64,000 nucleotides of DNA from the human T2T-CHM13v2.0 reference genome, Homo sapiens: NCBI RefSeq assembly GCF_009914755.1, contig NC_060935.1. One strand, given 5' to 3'. Position numbers and translations under genes: made by a program. Under the pieces are notes generated by a model. The model was not told the DNA's origin and did no database searches. It saw only the letters and a list, made by a program, of their open reading frames with translations. Of the stretch, positions 1 through 14,112 are shown one piece after another (position 1 is the first letter of the stretch; each line of letters starts with the position of its first letter).

Positions 1-831
1 AATTTCGGATGGGATGCATTCACACCAAAGCGTCACCCTCCTGAGTACCTCTCTGAAGCCACCTTGGAGCCTGGGCTCCCCCAGGCATGGGACAGCACAC
101 CCCGTCCACTGGAGCCGACCCTGATGAATGCAGGCTCACTGGCTTTGCCACCGCATGCCCCCGGAGGCATCAGACGCTGCTTGTCTCTGCTGCCTTTGAA
201 AGGTGTGCGTGGAGTCGCAGGCCTGAACTACATGAGATCGAGACGGAAACCCCGCCAGGCACCAACTAACGGATGCCCAGGCTGGAGTGACCCTCCTCCT
301 CACCCTGGCAGCAGAGACCCACGTTGGCCATCGAGAAAGAACCGACGCCTAGCGAGAAGTGACAGGGAACATTCAGGATCCCCCGCCTGCCCCCGTCTGG
401 ACCTTGAGATGAGGAAGGACTTTGTCGTTTTTGTCACTTTAACCGAATCTTGGACAATCACCGCCCAAAGCGTGCACTCTGTGGGCTGTTTAAAAAATTA
501 TATGCGCACAGACTCTAAAGGAAAAACCAGAGACAAACCGCTCATATTCCATGAACCTTCCTTCTGCATAAACCGCCACGTGTCGCTTGGCAAAGCCGTG
601 GGCCTGGCAGTGGGGTTAGCCTTTCCCACTCAGGAACCGCGCTGGCCACGTTTCTGCCGGCATCAGCGCCCCTGAGCTGCTTTCCAAAGCGCGGCGTCAG
701 GAACGTCACTCTTCACTGTTGAATTCAACGTGGGCACCTTTAATGGCTCAGTCATTTTTTTAAAAAAAATCAAAATTCCACGCAGGGGCCTTGGTTCCAG
801 AGCTCCCTTTCCAGGAGGCTGTTGCGCGGGC

Positions 832-850
832 TGGCCACCAGGTGGCACTG
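832..850 (+). promoter_or_regulatory. Candidate CTCF site
   Basis: TGGCCACCAGGTGGCACTG closely matches the CTCF core consensus, within a CpG-rich patch. Confidence 0.7.
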
Positions 851-2058
851 TTGCATAGCAAAAGGAACGCGGCTCCGCGCTGGAGAACCGGGCCGGGCTG
901 CGCGGAAGCCCTGGAGGGCCAGCCGGGTGGAGGGAGCTGCAGGAGGGGGCGGCGTGCTTTCCGGGGGTGCAACTTGGTTTTCCCTGGAGGGATAAAGCTC
1001 TCCTTTGGCAGGTGCCTGGGGGTGCCCTTTAAAGCAGGGAGCCCAGGGAAGACCCAGCTCTCTTCCTGTGAGCTCATCCCTGGCATTCAGGGTGAAGGAC
1101 CTGCAGCCTGGTCTCGGAAACGGCCCTCCAAGGCCTCCTTGTCCCCTGAAGCACACAGGCAGACCGCGGGTCGGGGTGCACCGTGGCTGTCCCTTCCCTC
1201 CAATGCTGGGCGACCCGGGCGGGTGGCCACCGCCTGACCTGGGCCTCCTGGCTGCCAGCCTGCACGCCCTGGGTGCAGAGGCAGGCGAGCCTGGCCTGGT
1301 CTGAACAGTCTTATGAGGATTCTCTGGGCCCGTGTGCTCCCGCCTGCCCCTGAAGGGCGTAGTGGAAGCATCCGAACATGCACTGGGTACCCTCGTGGCC
1401 TGGGACAGCCCTTCCCTGCTGGGCTCCTTGCTTTGTGTTAACCCTGAGGCCTGGGAGCCTGAGTTGGGGAAACGGGGGACTCCAGACAACACCCAGCTTG
1501 GATGCCGGCGTCCACTTCTGCTCAGAGAATCCAGTCAACTCAGGGCTTTGGGCTTTCCCATGACCAAAGAAAAGAAGTCAGTGAATGAGAATCAAATAAA
1601 GGAAATGATTTTCTGCCACCACCGGGGCGCAGACTTGCTGTCCATACCACTGTCCCTGGCTGTAGCACCCATGTGTGCCTGTGTGTCCAGAGGCCCACGG
1701 AGCCCAGATGGGCCTGGGGATGATTTCAGCCTCCAAGGAGGCCGCCCATCTCTTCCGGTGGCCCCTGCTTCTCACCCAGTGTGGGCCAGGCCCACCTGAA
1801 TGCTGAGGGCAAGGACGAGTGGTCGTTACCTAAACGAGCCAGAGATGGCCTCTGGGGACTGGCCCTTGGGTCACTTATTTCTTCCCTGCAGGCTGAGCTC
1901 ATTAGTTCAAGAGCCCACTGGCACCAAACTCAGATTTTTATACATTCAATTGTTTTAAAAATAGCCCCAAACAAGCAGACTTTCAGCCATTTAGAGCCTG
2001 CCTGTTGCATGTATTCTGCAAAACCTCACCTGGCAGCTGTTCGCTATTCATCATCCTC

Positions 2059-2298
2059 ACTCTCTGTCTATCTCTCTGAGTCCATCTCTGTCTCTGTCTC
2101 CATCTCCATCTCTGTCTCTGCCTCTGTTTCCGTCTCTGTCTCCATCTCTGTCTCTGCTTCTCTTCCCCCTCTCTCTTGCTCTCTCTCCCTTCTCTCTCCG
2201 TCTTTCTCTGTCTCTTGCTCTCTCTCTTCCTTCTTTCCCCCGCTCTCTCCCTTTCTCTCCCCTTTCTCTCCCCCACCCCTACCACCCTGTCTCTCTTA
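2059..2298. repeat. CT-rich low-complexity / (TCTCTG)n tract
   Basis: Pyrimidine-rich simple repeat. Confidence 0.9.
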
Positions 2299-4842
2299 TC
2301 TGTATGATGGGGAATGAAGGATGCAGCAATGGCCGCCCATGTGTCGGTGGGAGCTCACTTCCCCAAGCCTTTACTTGAGGGGACTCTGAAGGGCTTCATG
2401 TCGCGTCAGCTTGTGATACGCACAAGCCGACTGCAGCAGACACAGCTGGGCCCTGTGTGCACATCTTCGCCCACCTCGAGGTCACCTGTGGACACCAGCA
2501 TGGAGTCCAGCCTGTGGGGAAGGCTGGAGTCAGGGAGGCTAATGCCCTTCTAGGGGCAATCTGTACTAATGAAAGAGAAATAACTCAGAGGACACCATGG
2601 CGTCCCCTGCAGCCTTGCAGAGGGTCCCCAGCAGCTGTTCCTGCACTGAGGCCTCCTTGGCCTCCTCCTCCCTCTTCCCTGCGCTTCCCCGAATCCGCCC
2701 CCAACCCGTGAGCTTTGCCCTCCAGCCTTTGGCTCAGTGTCTGTTTTTGAGGAAACATAAACTAAGATAACAGCCTTGTGATTTCAGGGCTCCCTGTGAC
2801 CGCAGCAGGGCCTGGGTTATCCGGGCGGATGCAGCTGTCCACAGACAGGCCTGAGGCTGGGCAGGGGGTAGGGGGCTGTGGCCTGCGTGTGCCTCTGTTC
2901 CCATTCCCGTCCCCTTCTTCCTTGAGGAGCACACGCCTTCTCCACTGTCACATTCCTCCTGCATCAGGAGCCCCCTGGAACCCGCGGCTTCGGGTCTGGT
3001 GCACCCTGTGGGGCCTCATGCCACTTGGTGTCACGTACTCAAGAGTTTATTTTCCCACAGAAATTTAGGAGAAAGTAGGGATTGTTTGTAGTCAAAGGAA
3101 GAAGTGTTCCTCAGTGGATGGAGAAGGCCTGGCTGTGCTCCAAGGCCCTGGGCCCTGCATACTCATCTCCTGGGGCTTCCTGAAGCTCCCTGTGGAGCGT
3201 GAGCCTGCCGGGCCACCTGGAGCACAGGGGGCCTCCAGGGACAGTGGGGGCACTGCGGGCCGGGCCCACGAGTGGGCTCCTTCACCTGGGCCTCCCCCAG
3301 GGCTGACAGCCCCTTGGATCCCAGGGAAATGCGTCCCAACCACAGAATGAGGTGCTGCTGGGGTACCTCCTTCCTCGAGCAGGACAGCCAGTCATGGTGC
3401 CCCTCTCTGAGTGGCATGGGCATCCAGGTAGAAGAGTGCCAGGACATGCCTGGGCAGCACCCTCTGGGATGCCACGGGCTCTATCCCCAGCTGCCTGCTG
3501 TGCCTCATTCTGGGGTTGATGGGTGCCAGGGCTCCCGCATGCTGGACCAGCAGGGCACCCTGCAAGGTGGTGCCGCCTTGAGGCAGTGCCAGGAGGTGAC
3601 GGCTCGCCCACACAGGCTCCCGAACATCAGGGATACGCAGTAAAGACAACCTCATTCTAATGTTCTGTCTGTTTGGATAGGGACAAACACAGCCCAGATC
3701 TCAGCCCCCCGGCAGACACCAGACACCGCAATGATTTGCTCCAGCAAGCCAACTGTCCCGGAGCGGTAGCTGCTGGAGTCCTGATCCAACTCCACTATTG
3801 TCATTCCTATACCCAGGTGTGGGCGATCTGTGCTGTTAGACCTGGGGGGCTGCAATGGGTGGGACGGAAACCTCTGGACCCCCAGTCCCTGGTGTAGAAT
3901 GGTTCCTGGGAGTCTGGAAGAGGTGCCATTTCTCACGCGCCTGTCGGGGATGGACTGACAGCTGCAGGACCCACCTCGCCGCTTCTAGCTGTGGGTCCAT
4001 GCAGCCAACACAGAGGTTTGTGGTCACTGAGGACATTCGTGCAGACACTTTGTCCAGTGCCCGAGGGGACAGCTGCAGGCCAGCTGTAGAGTCCATGCAA
4101 GTTCTGCCCTGAGCGGTTTGCATTGAAATCCAGGCAGTCGTCTGCTCTCCACACACTTCCACTCTGACTGGGAGGGGGCCGCAGTGTCCTTCAACCCCAT
4201 GGGTCAGCGTCCACAGGCCCTGGATGATTTAGGCAGAGTTATACCAGTAAAAGACCACAGCTGTCTGGGGAAGCCAGGAGCATGCCTGGCACCCACTCAG
4301 ATGCTGCCCTGGCAGCAGCCTTGTTCAGGGTCCCAGTCTCCTGCACATCCGGGACGCTGAGCAGGGCTGGCTGTCAAGTGGGGCTGGCTGCCGTGCTCAC
4401 CTGCCTTCTGCTGCTGGGGGCCGGGGGACTGTGCTTCTTCGCCTTTAGTGGTGGAAGGAAAATACTCATGTAACAAAAACTATACACATGAAGTGTTTTC
4501 CCCCAAAGAAACAAGGGTGCTAGCCGGAAAGATGATCAGCTGCCAGAAAACCAAATAAAATAGCAAACCTTCTCTATAGGTGCCCAAGATGCCCTTGACA
4601 AAACTCCAAAGCCACTCATGGCAAAACCCAAAGCCAAAGAGAGATGGGAGGAAACTGCTCAAACATGAGGAATCGTGCTTCTCAGGAGCCAGTGGTGAAC
4701 ACGACCTTAACATATGAAATGCAAACCACTGTCATTCGAATGAGAACTAACGGGGTCCCCGTCACCCCCATCATTTATTTTGGTTCTAGCCACGGCAGGA
4801 GGATCACAGAATAACACAGGCCATGTAGGGAAATTGCAGCCT

Positions 4843-5635
<793 letters not shown>

Positions 5636-5895
5636 TCAGCCACTTGAGTGGCCCGGTCTGCCCAAGTATGAGAGATTTCCAGGGATGCAGGGCTTTCAAT
5701 GCTAAGAATCATTTTAAAAAGGCAGTCTCCGGGAGTGAGTGGGTCGCCCTAGCGGCTGTGACTGGTGGCGCCCTTCCCCGCCCCTCACCAGCCCTGAAGA
5801 AACTGCCCCTCATTTTTGTTTTTCTTTGCATTTGTGTGATGGCTGCTAACTTTCTTGCATGCACATTGGCCATGAGTGTTTCCTGTAAGATATAA

Positions 5896-6219
<324 letters not shown>

Positions 6220-6523
6220 CATATTTCTACAAAGATTTTGTCTTCATCTTTTAAGTTCAGAATGTAAATACCCTGTGGCTCTTCCATCTTGTTTTGGGCC
6301 TTAGTCTGAATTGCGCCCTGTCACCACAAGGTGCATGAACAAGGGCACTGGCACTGCCTTCAGTGTCACAGAAACAACAAAACGATGCCAAACACACGAC
6401 GTGAAATGCTGAGATCTCCATCAACAGGTGACCGCCGAATTCACGACGATCCAATGTAACCGTGGAAGCTGATGGAAAAAAGGAGGTGCATATACATATT
6501 GATGTTACAACCGTCCCATGTTA

Positions 6524-6912
<389 letters not shown>

Positions 6913-7177
6913 TCAGGACGAGAAGGGGTTGGGGGAAGTTTTTCGCTTTTAATTTTTGTACCCCCTATTGTTTACCCAGTAAGAATGGTCGGGTATTCCT
7001 TTTATAATTAAAGGAAGTAATCCATTGAAGAAAATAAAATAAATAAAGTTGAAAAAGATGCATGCCTATTGTGGGCCTTTCTTTTAGGTAAAAATAATGT
7101 CTAGAAAAATGAAAACCAAAATTTCTAACCATACTTTTTTTAAAGAAAGAAGTTGGTAAAGATAAAAACATAAATTA

Positions 7178-7496
<319 letters not shown>

Positions 7497-8877
7497 TTAA
7501 AGAAATAGAAAAGAAGAGCTGAGCATTTCACAAACGGAGAGCAGGTGTCTGGTGTTTGGTGTGTTCCGGTCGAGTGTAGTCAGGAAAAGGAAGCCGCGTT
7601 GTCTGCGGGGCGGGGGCCTGTGCTTGTGGCTGCAGCAGCCCCTTCCCATCAGATAAGGACATTGTTCATGCGCGGACTGGCACCCAGGACAAAAACAACA
7701 CCCACAAAACCTGGTAGCCCCACTTAATGTTCCCCTGCCGCGGCGGCTGGAGGATGGAATTACCAGAAGCAATTAGACAAAGGAGGTTCAGAACCACAGG
7801 CATGGAATTAACTAACTTTATTTAAGATGACATGTGGAGAGACTGGAAGGACACCTTCGCTCTGTCTGGGAAGCCGTGAGGCTGAGGGGGCTGTCCCCCG
7901 CCCGGGTCCCGTGGGGAGCCCATCTTCTACCAACCCATCCCAGGTTCAGCAGGGTCTCTGGCTTTTGTTCGGAGCGCAGCAGGAGGCCACTGAGGTGCCC
8001 ACGAAGGGGAGAGATGGGAGGCAGACCATGTTCTCAGTGACCACTGTCTCTGCTGTGTGATGAGGGGTTGTCTTGGGGAGGAAAGAATGCATGTGACCGG
8101 CAAAGCTGCAGAAACTCAGCTTAGAACAGGTCACAATCATGGTAGCAAACACTGGGGTGGGGAAGTCGGCCCTGACTGAGAGGCCAGGATGGATCCCAGG
8201 TACGTCTCTGAGGGGAAAGGAACAGGGCCCGTCACGAGCAGGAGGTGCCGCTGAGGAAAAGCAAGTTTCTGATGTGACTCCTGACTTCTCACAATGGGGC
8301 GTGGCACCAGCAATCAGAAGGGTAAAGGCTGTGGGTCGAATCAGAAGGTGCATCATACATATGCCGAGATCAGACGCCTGTGACACGGCCAGGAGGTGTG
8401 CAGAACACAGCCCATGATGAGACTGCCCCTTGGGCACAGTTAGGGACTGCAGGATCATATTTAAAATTTCTGGTGCACAGATGTTGTGTAAAGAGACTGG
8501 GAGAGCGGGAGATTGGGAGAGGGGAAGGAGAGGAGGAAAAGGGAGAGGAGGCTGAGGAGGAGAGGGGAGAGAGAGGAGGAGGGGGAGAAGGAGAAGAGAG
8601 AAGGCCTCCAGGAGCCTCAGAGCTGATGGACGCGGAGAAGCTGCGAAGCCTACACAGGGGACAGCCGGGAGGGTAGGGGCAGCAGGTGAGAGGAGAGAGG
8701 GCGTTAAGATGGACGGGGTGAGCTGTGCGGGTCACCACAGGCGCAGAGGGATGATGAGCACAGAACACTGCCTTCGGGGGCTTGGGTGACCACGAAGACG
8801 TGTGTCAGGCTGGAGACCCTACCCTGCTTAGAAGCTGAATGTCAGTCTATGACTGTCTCATGGGTACCAATAAACAT

Positions 8878-9168
8878 ACTCCCCATGGCCCTGTCACACT
8901 CTCCACGGCCCTGTCCCACTCTCCACGGCCCTGTCCCACTCCCCACGGCCCTGTCAAACTCCCCACGGCCCTGTCACACTCCCCACGGCCCTGTCCCACT
9001 CCCCACGGCCCTGTCACACTCCCCACGGCCCTGTCACACTCCCCACGGCCCTGTCACACTCCCCACGGCCCTGTCACACTCCCCACGGCCCTGTCACACT
9101 CCCCACGGCCCTGTCACACTCCCCACGGCCCTGTCCCACTCCCTACAGCCCTGTCGCACTCCCCACAT
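8878..9168. repeat. 20-bp VNTR (ccccacggccctgtcacact), ~14 units
   Basis: Exact 20-bp periodicity, very homogeneous. Confidence 0.97.
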
Positions 9169-11269
9169 CCCGTGGCATCTGGCTGTACATGGAAGTGAGG
9201 AAGCTGCTGTCTCCCCCAAAGAACATTGCTCCCAGCCAGGGCTCAGCCCTGTGGGACAGGACTCAGAGGCTCCTGGTTCAGAGACCAGGGCCCTTGTCAC
9301 TTGCAGCGTGAACAGCAGGGAACTTTGCCCCCGAGTCCCACAACAGAGGTGGGGACCTTGTCACGGTGGGCCCAGGTGTGACAACACAGGGCCAGCGATT
9401 CTTCACCCGGCAGCAAACACTGCGGCAGACGACAAACATTGCAGCCCTTGGCAAACAAAAAGCACGCAGCAAACAGCGTGGTCAGCGAAAAGACCCTCCC
9501 CTCCCCGGGGATCAGACAGTGCAAGGCCATCCCCAGGATGACCTGCACCCACCCGGCTGCCTGTGTGACCAGCCACAGAACCCACTCTGCATTAGCACCC
9601 ACGGCCAGGACAGGCAGGGTGCTGCGCCCGTGGCTTCCTGCATCTGCCGACACCACCCGAGGCTGCCAGGCCACAACATGAAGTCAGCTGTGCCAGGAAA
9701 TCCCAAGCCTCGCCCACACCTGGCCCCGGGCTGTCGCTGCATGCCAAGGGGTTGCCCACCTGGCTGTGGCTGCCTTACCCCATGGAATCCAGGCTCCAAC
9801 TGACCTCACCATTCTGTGGGTTAATTTTCATTCTTAAAACCTTCATCTAAAGACCTTTGCTTCCTGGAACACAGGCCTGGGTTTTCCCAACAGTCGTGGG
9901 CACCCGGCCTGGCACGTGCTGCTCAGTGGAGGGACCTCACAGCCCGTTCTATGTGAGCTGTGCAGGAAAAGCTCCATGGACAAACTCACTCTCCGTGACA
10001 ATCAGGAGGTTTCTTCTCCAACCACAAGAAGGAGCTGGGGGAGCTTGTGAGGCCAGGAAGAGAACAGTCCTAATCCCATCCTTCCCCTCCTCAGCAGTGA
10101 CCCCAGGGTCTGCTGTCCTGCCCCAACCCACACTTCAAAGAAGGAAGGACACCTGCCTTCCCCTGCTACCTCACACCCCGAAGCATGGGGAGCATGGGGA
10201 CCCTTGGCAGAGTCCTTTTGTAGTGAAGAATAACAAACTAGTGTAAAATAGCAGAAAAGAAGCTAATGGCCAAACACATCCAAGCTGGGGAAAACACCTG
10301 TTAAATATAATGACAGAATATGCTCTCATCAAAACCCAGGAAACTTTAAGAATACACTAAACCTCACAAAATGGGGGCGAAATACAATGATGACCACACG
10401 TATGAGAAATGGTGAATGGTAGAATTGAAAGAAATGCAAGGGAAATGAAAGATAAGGGGTCCTTTCCAAGCAAAGTGGCAATGCCACAACAGCTCGCAGT
10501 CAGGCTTGGCGGGACAAGAATGCTGGGCAGTGCTGGTTTGCAGGGAGGGGTCAACTTTTCTGGAAGCAGCCCAGCAAAGTGCCCCACGAGCCATCAATTA
10601 TTCCTGTGCTTCGCAGCCACAGCCCACGAATGCAGGTGCAGCCACAGAAGCGCTGGCAGAGGGGAGGCTGAGAGTGGCGCTGGTTGAAGATTTCTCACAG
10701 GAAACAAAAGGCACAGCCTCCACGTGGCTCATGGCCATGAAAACCCTTGACTCAAAACTTTCCACGTCGTGAGGAAGACGCGGGTCAGCTGCCCTAGTTG
10801 GGTGATGATGATGCTGTCAGGGAAAGCGTCGGTGCCTATGTGGGGAGAGTAGGGGAGTGAGAAACAAAGCAAAGCGTGGTGGCTCTGTGGCTCCAGTGCC
10901 CCGGAGGCCACGGCTCACTTTTTCACAATGAACATGGGCTATTTTCATTTTTTAAAGTCTACTAATGTTTCTAAGGAGACCATACAGAACCGAAAATTCT
11001 GAATAACCTTGTCTTCCATAAGGCAGACTTTTCATTTCTGTCACCTTTCCGGAAGGGCTGGACACAGAGTCTGTGGGTCTGTGATGGAGGTGCCACCATC
11101 TCACCCCGAGTCCACGGCCCTCAGTCTCTGTGCTCCCCGAGCCGAAGGTGAGGAATCCATGCCTTATGGTTGGCGAGGGCTGCTGGGGCACCTGCCATCT
11201 CATCTGCATCCTGGGAAGCAGGAAGGAGCACAGAGGAAAACACAAGCCTGCTCTGGCCAGCTCAGTGTG

Positions 11270-12230
11270 CTCCTTCCAGAAACAGGTAAACACAAAATTA
11301 CCCTGCGAAGCCGCCATTCCATTCCTAGGTCTATCCCCAAAAGAAATCAAAGCAGGGACTCAAATACTTGCACAGCCCTTGCCACGACCTGGATGTAGTC
11401 AGTGCATCTGTTCCCAGCAAAACTCTTGTTGAAACGGGACCCCCAGTGTGGCAGCGTAGGGAGGTGGGGCCTGAGGGGAGGGAGACGTGTGGGTCGTGGG
11501 AGTGACTCCCTGGGGAGTCCGTGGTGCTGGGAGTGATTCTCCTCTTGTGATACAGGGTGAGTTCCCATGGGAATGGATTTGTTCCCATGAGTGGGGCTTG
11601 TTCTGAAGCCAAGACATCCCTGAGCTTTATCTCTCTTCCCGTGTCTGCTTCCCCTTTGACCTCCTCCAGCAGAAGCCAGGGCCATGCCATTGAACTTCTC
11701 AGCCAGCAGAACTGTGAGCTTGATGAATTACCCCATCACAGAGGTTCTTTTATGGCTACACAGAATGGACTCAGACACCCATGCTCACAGCCGTGCAGTC
11801 ACAATAGCCCAAAGGTGGAAACAACCCAGCAGGTGAGGGGATCTGAAATGGGGTAGACACACACATCGGGGTCTTACGGAGCCTGGAAAAGGAGTGTGCT
11901 CTGACGCATGCAGCAACGCCACCAACCTTCACAGCCTCGTGCCGAGTGAAGCCAGCCAGTCACAATAGGACCAATGCGGTGACCCCACAGATGGAAGGCC
12001 CCCAGAGGAGTCAGATTCAAGAGGAAGATGGCAGAATGGTAGTCAGCAGGGCCAGTGACAGAGGCCGATGGGAGTGAGTGATTAGTCAGGACGGAGCTCC
12101 AGTTTCGCCCAGTGAAAAGGTGCTGGAGCTGCATGGTGGCGACAGTGGCACAGCCACGTGCAGGTTCTCAATGCCACGGAACTGTGCACTTACCATGGGG
12201 ACGGTGGGAACTCTCATGTACCCGCATTTG
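11270..12230 (+). mobile_element. Old L1M(B) 3' fragment with nested MST-type MaLR LTR (~11380-11777); duplicated at ~36650-37610
   Basis: attccattcctaggtctatccccaaaagaaatcaaagc and cacaatagcccaaaggtggaaacaaccc (L1M); cagaactgtgag...atggctacacagaatggactcagaca (MST end). Confidence 0.7.
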
Positions 12231-12235
12231 ACCAG

Positions 12236-12662
12236 AGAGGAAGGAAGGAAGGGAGGGGGGAGGGAGGAGGGAGGGAGGGAGCAGAGAAGGAAGGAAGGAA
12301 GGGAAGGGGGAGGGAGGAGGCAAAGAAGGAGGGAAGAGGGAGGCAGGGAAGGGGGGAGGGAGGGAGCAGAGAAGGAAGGGAGGGAGGCAGGGAGAGAAGA
12401 AGGAAGGAAGGAAGGAAAGAAAGAAGGAAGGAAGGGAGGGGGGAGGGAGGAGGGAGGAGGAAGGGAGGGAAAGAGGGAGGGAGGGAAAGAGGGAGGGGGG
12501 GAGCAGAGAAGGAAGGAAGGAAGGGAAGGGGGAGGAAGGAGGCAGAGAAGGAGGGAGGAGGGAGGCAGGGAAGGAGGGGGAGGGAGGAGGGAGGGAGGGA
12601 GCAGAGAAGGAAGGGAGGGAGGCAGGGAGGGAAGAAGGAAGAAAGGAAGGAAGGAAGGAAGG
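12236..12662. repeat. Purine-rich GGAA/GGAG compound repeat (~430 bp)
   Basis: Almost pure A/G tract with recurring gcagagaaggaagg blocks. Confidence 0.95.
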
Positions 12663-14016
12663 ACGGACCAGCCTGTTAGGCTGACTGACAGAGTACCCCC
12701 TGTCCTCCAATGCTGCCCACGGCAGGCATGTGGCAGTGGCTGACAGGGAGTGAGTCTGGAAGTGACCCTTGTCGGGGCAGCCTCCTTGGTCCTGTGATTC
12801 AGGACAGGGTGAAAGTCAGTGGCGGCCATTGGTGCCTCTGGCCGGGGTTCCTCACAGGGGCCCGCAAGGGGACAGCGAATGGAGCGTGGAGGGTGGAGGG
12901 CTCCTTCTCCGGACCGGAGCGATGGGTTCGGGAGCCATTCTGTGCCTGTCTTTGCTGCTGGGCTGAGGAGCTGGATGGCATGCTGGGAGTAGTGGGAGCT
13001 GCTGAGGAGTTTGGTCCTGGAGCGAAGAGGCTGAATCCGCATGTCTGGAGTCACCGTGGAGGGCACAGCTAGAGGGAGCAGCAGGGTGTCCCAGGGAGAA
13101 GACACCAGGGCTGGAATTAGAGGGACATCAAGGCTGATACTTAGAGGCATCCAATATATGGGGCCTGCCTGATGGGCTGCTCTCAGGTGGGATTTGGGGG
13201 GTGTGAGAGGGGTCAGTGCCCAAATGACCATGGGGTCCGTGGCCTGTATGCCCAGTCAGGTGACGACGCCATTCAGAAAGTAGATCTCATGGGGTGCCCG
13301 GCTGCTGAGTCTCAGGCCAGATCTGCAGTGAGTGCGCTGCCCCAGGCGTGGAACACTCTGGTGCCATCGGGACCCAATGCTGAGTGCACCCAAGAGCTGT
13401 GGGTCTGAAACAGCGGTCAGAGGTCACTGACATGTGGAGGAGGCCCCTGGAGTGTGGGAGACAGAATCCCCAGGTGTCAGGCTTGGCAGGAGGCTTTGCA
13501 GGTGGGGAGGAAGGGCAGGTAGCGTGGCTGCCAGAGGAGAGAGGGCACTGGGGGTGGCTCGACCTGACGAGGCTGCTTGAAGGAGACACTCTTGGAAACT
13601 GACAGGGCTGCAGGCACTCCTGGGAGCAGGAGGAGGGTGGCCTGTCCTGGGCAGACCAGCCTCTCTGGGCTGTGTGGCCCCAGCTCCCTGAGCCCAGAGG
13701 GAGGTGAGGGTGAGAAGGCCTGGACCAGGCAGGACGCAGCCCCCAGGGCCCCTGCTGGGAAGAGGTCAGAACCTCCCAAGGACCCAGAAGGCCAGGTAAC
13801 TGAGAACGGGGCTGCTCTCTGCATCTCCAGGGAGGACAAAGGCGGCCATGGCAGCAAGGGGACAGGGCAGAGGGGAAGGCGGGCAGGTGGATGTTGGAAG
13901 CCGCAGATTCCCATCCAGTATCCTAGAGGAGGAAACCCAGGGCTGTGTCCTAGGAGGCCCAGGAAGCCTGGTCAGCCTGGAGGCTGAGGGCGGGCCCGGG
14001 AGATCTGGGAAGGACA

Positions 14017-14112
14017 TCAGTGTCTCCACGAAGAGCAGCAGGGTCTCAGCCCATGGCAGCCGCAGGCCCCATGACTGGGGCCGCAGCCTCCAGAGCCGCC
14101 ACAGCAGCCCAT
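14017..14112 (-). pseudogene. Degenerate KRTAP5 gene head (31-codon ORF), arm A copy
   Basis: MGCCGGSGGCGPSHGACGCHGLRPCCSSWRH*; leader ...ccccccagaacaATG resembles KRTAP5-6 ...ccaccagaaccATG. Confidence 0.75.

Noticed and set aside
64-1799. Overlapping 100-240 aa ORFs
   Set aside because: Expected by chance in GC-rich DNA; no recognisable domains
3340-4200. Unique GC-rich stretch with faint leucine-rich-repeat-like words (LLDLGG, LEEVPFLTRLS)
   Set aside because: No consistent motif periodicity or recognisable homology; needs TBLASTX to say more
8786-9541. Repetitive ORFs (LPTALSHSPRPC...) here and at 39611-40572; superficially CRISPR-like periodicity
   Set aside because: Head-to-tail 20-bp minisatellite with no unique spacers; eukaryotic DNA
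12078-13231. Pro/Ser/Leu- and Gly/Arg/Glu-rich ORFs (also 35161-36798)
   Set aside because: Translations of the homopurine/homopyrimidine tract
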